Shown here piece by piece: positions 53,301-62,300 of a stretch of DNA of 64,000 nt; positions within the stretch are counted from its first letter, which is position 1, and the number at the start of each line of letters is the position of its first letter. Position numbers and translations under genes: made by a program. Source of the stretch: Elusimicrobiota bacterium. Its GTDB lineage: Bacteria; Elusimicrobiota; Elusimicrobia; F11. Under the pieces are notes generated by a model. That model did no database searches. It was given only the letters and a program-made list of their open reading frames with translations, and had not been told where the DNA came from. Location of the stretch: NCBI GenBank assembly GCA_044221725.1, contig JBGAON010000001.1:384001-448000 (forward strand), read 5' to 3'.

Positions 53301-56300
53301 GCAACAACGCTCACCGGAACATGGACGGCGATTTCACCGGCGGCGGACTTCTACACGTTGCAAGTCTCGACCGATGTGAACTTCACCGGAACAATTTCAA
53401 GCTCGAGCACGGTGTTGCCGCCGACCACCATCACAACGCCAGCGCTCAGTGTGAACACCACTTATTATGGACGCGTGAACGCGGTGGTCAGCGGATCGAC
53501 GGGACCGTGGAGTGCGAACGTAACGACGGCAACGCTCGCGAATCAACCGGCGGCACCATCGAACGCGTGGTTGGAGGTCCAACTTACTTCGGTGACGGTC
53601 ACGTGGTTTGAAAACAATAATCCGTTGAACGTGACCGAGTACGAAATCGTGGTATCGACTGATTCGAGCTTCACAGGCACCGGTGACATTCACCACCGCG
53701 TGTATCAAACCACGAATACGTTCACGGGTCTCGCGACGGATACCACGTATTACGCTCAGGTGCGAGCGATCAACCATTACGGAATCCCGACGAACTTTAC
53801 GAACTTGGGTAGCACGTTCACGCTTGCCTCGCCGAGCCCGACCGCGCTTCGCGTAACGACCGCAAGTGTTACGAGCTTGACCACCCAATGGAACGCCTCG
53901 ACACCACCGGGACAGATGTACATTCTTGAATACAGCACATCGAGCTTGGATTTTGCAAACAAAGTCAGCTCCGTTACCGCGGCGCTGTTCGCGACGATCG
54001 ACTCATTGGAAGTGAACACCACTTATTATGTGCGCGCCGCGAGCGTCATTGACGGTTCGACATACGCGTACAGTTCCACGATCAGTTCTGCCACGCTGGC
54101 GGACACGCCGCAAACGCTGGCTTCGACTTGGACGGCGGTGGAATTCACATCGATCACCGTGAGCTGGTCGCAAGGATTAAACCCGAACGCCGTCACTCTT
54201 TACGTCGTGCAACTTTCGACGTCGGTTAACTTCACCGGTTCAAGCGATCAACAGTCCGCAACATACGCGACAAGCGCGGACTTTGCTGGATTGGCTCCTA
54301 ACACGACGTACTACGCGCAAGTTAAGGCGGTGAACCATTCGGGTATCTCGAGCAATTATCTTGTGTTGGGTTCGACGCTCACCAAGGCGACGCCGATTCC
54401 ACAAAACCTTCGTGTGACCGGAACCACGATCAACTCGATTGCGGCGGCATGGGATGCTACGTTGCCGCCCGCGGATTCGTACACGCTGCAAATTGCCACA
54501 TCAACCGATTTCACGACGATCACGGACAGTTCGATCACGGCGAATTCCTTTGCAACGATTGGAAGTTTGAACGTGAACAGCACCTACTACGCGCGCGTGA
54601 ACGCGACTATAAACACGACCGCAAGCGCGTGGAGCGCATCCGTGACAACCGCGACATTGGCGAGCATTCCGGCAACGGTCGCGTCAACGTGGACCGCGGT
54701 CGAATACACGTCGATGACGGTGAATTGGTCGCGCGGATTGAATCCGGCGGCGATCACGAAATATGTTGTGCAACTATCGACAGCCAATGACTTCAGCGGC
54801 TCGTCGGATCAAGTTGCCGCTACGTACAGCGTCTCGTTTAACTTCACGGGTCTTGTGCCGGCGACGACGTATTATGCGCAAGTGGAAGCGATCAACCATT
54901 ATGGAATTCCGACCGCGTTCCTGAATCTTGGTTCCACGGTTACGAAGACGACACCGCGGCCGACGAACCTTGTGTTCACCGCCGCATCGATCACGACGTT
55001 AACGGGCGATTGGACGCCGACGTTGCCGAACGCCGACAGTTACACGTTGCAGGTGAGCACGGATTCGAATTTCGACGGTATCGTGACAAGTTCAACAACC
55101 GAAATTCCGCCGGCGACGGTGGGGCTCGTAGCACCGCTGTCGGTGAACACAACGTATTACGGGCGCGTGAACGGCACAATCAATGGTCAACCGGGAGCGT
55201 GGTCGATCTTTGCGACGACCGCGACACTCGCTGATATTCCGGCCACGGTTGCCTCCACCTGGACCGCGGTTGCGTACACGTCAATGACAGTGAACTGGTC
55301 GCGCGGATTGAACCCGGTTTCCATTACCGAATACATCGTTCAGTTGTCGACGGCCAACGATTTCACGGGCGCGAATGATCAGGCCGTTGCGACTTATAGC
55401 GTGTTCGCGAACTTTGCTGGCCTTGTTCCGGGCACAACATACTATTCCCAAGTGAAAGCCGTGAACCATTCGGGAATACCAACGAACTACCTTGTGCTCG
55501 GCTCGACGGCAACGAAAGGCACTCCCACGCCACAGAATTTGCGAGTGACCGGAGCCACCCTTAACTCTATTGATGCCGCGTGGAATACGACGTCGCCGAT
55601 TGCGGATTCGTACACGCTGCAGATCGCGACATCAACCGATTTCACGACGATCACGGACAGTTCGATCACGGCGAATTCCTTTGCAACGGTTGGAAGTTTG
55701 AACGTTAACAACACCTACTACGCGCGCGTGAACGCGACAATTAATAATGGACCAAGCGCGTGGAGCACGACGGTAACGACGGCAACGTTGGCGAGCATTC
55801 CTGTGACGGTGGCATCCACCTGGACCGCGGTGGAGTACACGTCGGTGACGATTAATTGGGCGCGTGGATTGAATCCGTCATCGATCACGGAATATGTTGT
55901 GCAACTTTCGACGGATAGCAGCTTCACGGGAACAAATGATCAGACGCAAGTCACTTACAATCTGTTCGCGGACTTCACGGGTCTTGTTCCGGCGACGACG
56001 TATTACGCTCAAGTGCGAGCGATCAATCACTACGGGATCCCGACATCCTTCTTGAATCTCGGATCCACGGTCACAAAGACAACGCCGATACCGACGAATC
56101 TTGTGTTCACGACGGCCTCGATCACAACGTTGACCGCGGACTGGTCGACCACGTTGCCGGCCGCCGATGTTTACACGGTGCACGTGAGCACGGACCAAAA
56201 CTTTACGGGCACAATCACGAGTTCGACGTCGGTGGTGCCGCCGGTGACACTCGGAATGGCGGTGCCGCTATCGGTAAACACGACGTATTACGGTCGCGTG

Positions 56301-59300
56301 AACGGAACGATTAGCGGGCGCGCCGGTGCGTGGACCACAAACGTGACGACGGCCACTTTGGCGGACACGCCCGGTTCTGTTGTTTCCACATGGACAGCGG
56401 TGAACGCCACGTTGATCACTGTTAATTGGGATCGCGGCTTGAACCCGGTCGGTGTGACGCTCTACAACGTTTATATGTCGACCGCGAGCGACTTCACGGG
56501 AACAAGCGACAAAGTGCAATCGACGCGCAATCTTTCGACCACGTTCTCAGCGCTCGTGCCAAACACAACGTACTTTGCTCAGGTGCAAGCCGTAAACCAC
56601 AGCGGAATTCCGACGGCGTTCTTAAGCCTTGGTTCAACGGTAACCGCGGGGGCCGATGCGCCGGCCAATCTCCGTATCACGAATGCGTCGATCGCATCGT
56701 TAACGGCGACGTGGGACCAAAATTCTCCTGTCGCTGAAAATTACACACTCGAAGTTTCGACCGCCATCGACTTTACTGGAACAATCACGAGCTCGCGTAC
56801 GGTGTTGCCGCCGGCGACAGCGCTTGCGCCGGCTCTCAGTGTGAACACGACTTATTATGGTCGCGTGAACGCTGTTGTCCTCGGGAGCACAAGTCCGTGG
56901 AGCACGACGGTCACGACGGCAACGTTGGCGAGCATTCCTGTGACGGTGGCATCCACCTGGACCGCGGTGGAGTACACGTCGGTGACGGTGAATTGGTCGC
57001 GTGGATTGAATCCGGCGTCGATCACCGAATATGTTGTGCAACTTTCGACGGATAGCAGCTTCACAGGGACGAATGATCAGACGCAAGTCACTTACAATGT
57101 ATTCGCGGACTTCACGGGTCTTGTTCCAGCAACAACCTATTACGCTCAAGTGCAGGCGATCAATCATTACGGGATCCCGACATCCTTCTTGAACCTTGGT
57201 TCCACGGCCACAAAGACAACGCCGATGCCGACGAATCTTGTGTTCACGACGGCTTCGATCACAACGTTGACCGCGGACTGGTCGACCACGTTGCCGGCGG
57301 CCGATCTTTACACGGTGCACGTGAGCACGGATCAAAACTTTACGGGCACGATCACGAGTTCGGCGTCGGTGTTGCCGCCGGTGACACTCGGACTCGCGGT
57401 GCCGCTGTCGGTGAACACGACGTATTACGGACGCGTGAACGGCACAATTGGCGGACACGCCAGTGCGTGGACCGCGAACGTCACGACCGCCACGTTAGCG
57501 GACGCGCCAGTGAGTGTAGCTTCCACGTGGACCGCGGTCGAATACACCTCAATGACAGTGAACTGGTCGCGCGGATTGAACCCGGTTTCCATTACCGAAT
57601 ACATCGTTCAGTTGTCGACGGCCAACGATTTCACGGGCGCGAATGATCAGGCCGTTGCGACTTATAGCGTGTTCGCGAACTTTGCTGGCCTTGTTCCGGG
57701 CACAACATACTATTCCCAAGTGAAAGCCGTGAACCATTCGGGAATACCAACGAACTACCTTGTGCTCGGCTCGACGGCAACGAAAGGCACTCCCACGCCA
57801 CAGAATTTGCGAGTGACCGGAGCCACCCTTAACTCTATTGATGCCGCGTGGAATACGACGTCGCCGATTGCGGATTCGTACACGCTGCAGATCGCGACAT
57901 CAACCGATTTCACGACGATCACGGACAGTTCGATCACGGCGAATTCCTTTGCAACGGTTGGAAGTTTGAACGTTAACAACACCTACTACGCGCGCGTGAA
58001 CGCGACAATTAATAATGGACCAAGCGCGTGGAGCACGACGGTAACGACGGCAACGTTGGCGAGCATTCCTGTGACGGTGGCATCCACCTGGACCGCGGTG
58101 GAGTACACGTCGGTGACGATTAATTGGGCGCGTGGATTGAATCCGTCATCGATCACGGAATATGTTGTGCAACTTTCGACGGATAGCAGCTTCACGGGAA
58201 CAAATGATCAGACGCAAGTCACTTACAATCTGTTCGCGGACTTCACGGGTCTTGTTCCGGCGACGACGTATTACGCTCAAGTGCGAGCGATCAATCACTA
58301 CGGGATCCCGACATCCTTCTTGAATCTCGGATCCACGGTCACAAAGACAACGCCGATACCGACGAATCTTGTGTTCACGACGGCCTCGATCACAACGTTG
58401 ACCGCGGACTGGTCGACCACGTTGCCGGCCGCCGATGTTTACACGGTGCACGTGAGCACGGACCAAAACTTTACGGGCACAATCACGAGTTCGACGTCGG
58501 TGGTGCCGCCGGTGACACTCGGAATGGCGGTGCCGCTATCGGTAAACACGACGTATTACGGACGCGTGAACGGAACGATTAGCGGGCGCGCCGGTGCGTG
58601 GACCGCGAACGTGACCACCGCCACGCTGGCGAGCATGCCGGTCACCGCGGTGTCGACATGGACCGCCGTGGACTTTACGTCCATTACGGTGGCGTGGACT
58701 CAGGGACTTAACCCGTCCAGCGTGACGCGATACGTGGTGCAATTGTCGACCGTGAGTTCGTTCACGGGATCAGCGGATCAAACGATCGGCACCAATGGTT
58801 TGTCGGCTTCGTTTACGGGACTTGTTCCGTTTACGACATACTTCGCGCAAGTCGAGGCGATAAACCATTCTGGAATACCCACGTCGTTCTTGAGTTTGGG
58901 TTCGACGGTCACCAAGGTTACATCGACGCCCACAAATCTTGTCTTCTCAGCGGCCGCGACGACAAATCTCACCGCATCGTGGAATACAATTTCACCGGCA
59001 GCGGACAATTACACATTGGAAGTAAGCACCGATCCGAACTTCACGGGCATCGTTACGAGTTCGAGTTCCGTCTTGCCGCCCGCGATGGCGGGAACAATTC
59101 TTCCGTTGTCGGTGAACACCACGTATTACGGTCGCGTGAACGCTACGCTGTATGGTGTCGACAGTTTCTGGAGTGCGAACGTGACAACGGCAACGCTTGC
59201 GAGCGTGCCGGTGTCAGCGGCTTCAACCTGGACGGCGGTGGCGATGACATCGTTCACGGTGGCGTGGTCCAACGGATTGAATCCATCATCGATCACAAAA

Positions 59301-62300
59301 TATCTGATCCAGTTGTCGACGGCGAGCGATTTCTCTGGAGCGAATGACAAGAGCTCGGTCACGTACAATTTGTTTGCGGGCTTCACCGGCCTCGTTCCGG
59401 ACACCACGTATTACGCGCAAGCGAAAGCGATCAACCATTACGGAATCTCGACGTTGTACGCGGTGCTCGGGTCGACGAAGACGAACGCCGTGGACGCTCC
59501 GACGAATTTGGTGTTTTCGAGCGCGGCGACAACAAGTTTGAAAGCGACCTGGAACACGGTGAACCCGGCGGCCGACTTCTATCGGTTGCAAGTTTCAACG
59601 GCAAGCGACTTCACTGGAACGATCATGAGTTCGGTGACGGTCTTGCCGCCGACGGCAGCCACCACGCCCGCGTTAACACCCAACACCACGTATTATGGTC
59701 GCGTGAACGCGGACGTGGCCGGTTCGACGACGGCGTGGTCTGTTGCAGCCACGACGGCCACGTTGGCCAATCCGCCGCTCAGTGTGGTGTCCACGTGGAC
59801 AGCGGTGCTTTACACTTCCGCGACCGTCCAATGGAGCGCCAACAACAATCCTTCGTCCGTCACGTTGTACGAAGTTCAACTCGGCACCGTTTCGAATTTT
59901 AGTGGAGTGCCGCAGAGCACGTTCACGTACAACACAAGCACCAGTTTCTCGGGCTTGCTCCCCGGTTCAACGTACTTCGCGCAAGTGCGCGCCATCAATC
60001 ATTCAGGAATTCCGACGTTCTGGACAAATCTCGGAAGCACAACCACGTTGATCGCGGTCGGTTTCACTCGCACATGGCTTGGCACGTCCCCGGATTGGTA
60101 CGTGGCAACCAATTGGAGTCCCACCGGCTATCCGCAGCCGCTCGATAGCATCGTTATTCCGGTAACCGCGAACGATCCGGTGCTCTCCGGTACGTCCAGC
60201 GTGGTCAATGTGACCATGAACAGTGGTTCCTCCTTATATATATATGGGGCAACCTTCACGGTGACAGGAAGCGTCAATTCGAATGGTACGTTGGTGTTGT
60301 CATCCACCGAGGTGCTGACGTTGCCCGGCAACGTTTGGGATGTGAACTCCGGTACGATTTCGTACGAAGGATCGGGCGCGTTCACCGGGTTGACCGCCGG
60401 CAACACGTACAACAATCTCCGGTTCAACAATGCGGGTGGAACCTGGACATTGAACAACAATCTCACCGTTAACAATGATTTGTTGATTGATGCGGGCGAT
60501 CTGAACGCATCGACCATCGCGGTCCAAGTCACGCGCAACATGACGCGCACGGGCGGAAGCTTCACGGCCGGTACCTCCACGGTAACGCTCGCGGGCAACG
60601 GATCGGTGAACGGATTCACGGTGGCGAGCGCGTTCGCAAATCTTGACCTCGCGCCGGCGGCGCTTACAACGACACTCGCTTCAGATATTGATGTCACCGG
60701 ACGCCTCACATTTAGCGGCGGATTCGTGAGTCAGTCCGGAGCGCGTGAACTCGCGCTGACCTCAGGCTTGGCGAATCCAATATCGATTGCGCCCAACACC
60801 GTGATGAACTTCTCGACGCTCTCGTGGACGACCTCCAACACGGCGGTCAGCTTGCCATCGTTTAGCGGTTATCCCGCGCTCAACTTAAAGTCCGACGTGG
60901 TGGGGCAGGCCTCGCTGTTCACGCTGGCCGGCAACGTGACCGCGTCGACGATCACCATTTTCAGCGTGGCGGGCGCAACGCAGACGACCGTGGACGTGGC
61001 CGGCTATCAACTGGCGATGGCGCGCCTGCAGTTGGGACTTTCGACCACCACAATGAGCGCTGGAATGTTGGCGGTCGGTAACGGCAATTTGGCGACGACC
61101 GGTGATGTGTTCTTCGCCAACGGCGCATCGATTCTCGATTTGGGAACGTCGACCGGTACGCGCATCGGTGGTGATTTCCTGTACACCGGTTCGACCGGAA
61201 CATTCCGCGCGGGCGCATCGACGATGACGTTCTCGGGGACGGCCAACCAACGAGTCGACTCGAAAGGATTTAACTTCGCGACGCTTTACTCGCAGAATAT
61301 TTCGTCGTCGGGTGTTACGTTTGTGAGCTCGTTCAACGCCGTGAACTTCGGTGTGACGGGGCTCTCGTCATCGGCGACCGTATACTTCACTTCGCTCACA
61401 ACCGCCACGATCACGGGTCGCATGAACGTGAGCGGGTCGGCTGGAAAATACGTCGTGCTACGCTCGACGGCAGCGGGTGTTCAATCCCATCTCGTCGTGT
61501 CGACGAACGCGTTCTCGGTTTCGTTTGTCGACGTGAAAGATTCGAACGCGAGCGGTGGCGCGCAAATTGTTGCGTACAACTCCGTGGATTCTGGCAACAA
61601 CACGAATTGGGATTTCGCAGCGCCGGCCGTTTCCACGTTGACGGCAACCGCTGGACCCGCCGTGCGCGCCGTGACGTTGACGTGGGCCGCGCCGGCCGAC
61701 GACGGTGCGACGGGTCAGCCGCTCAACGGTGCCTATTACATTCAATATTCAACGAACGCGTCCGTCACCTGGTCCACTGCCGCTGCGCAGATCGTTATTG
61801 CGACGAGCGGCGTAACGCCCGGTGTCACCGTCAGCACAACCGTATCTCAACTGCTGCTGGGTGTGACCTATTACTTCCGCTGGAACTCGGTCGATGACGT
61901 AAGCCGCTGGTCCGGATATTCGAATATCGCTCAAATCAAGCTGAACGATACTTATTCGCCGAACGCCATCACCGATCTCGTTGCGTCGAGCACAACAACC
62001 GAAGGACAAATTCAACTTTCGTGGACCGCGCCGGATTCTGATTCCGGTGCCGAAATCGGAGTTGCCGCGACGACGTATCAAATCCGTTATTCAACGACCG
62101 GTATTGCAAATCTCGCAAACGACACGACCGCGTGGTGGAATCAGGCGGTGCCCGTCGCCGGTCCGACGCCGTCCAACCCGGGCTCGGCCGAAACACTGTT
62201 GCTGGCAATGCCGGATTACGGCGTCACGTACTACGTTGCAATTAAGAGCGTGGATTTCTCAGCGAACGTGTCGCCGATTGACGTGAAAGCGAACACGGGT

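Noticed and set aside
55281..58610. Near-identical repeats as a diversity-generating retroelement TR/VR pair
   Set aside because: No reverse transcriptase is in the window, both copies are in-frame coding units, and the differences seen are not adenine-specific.
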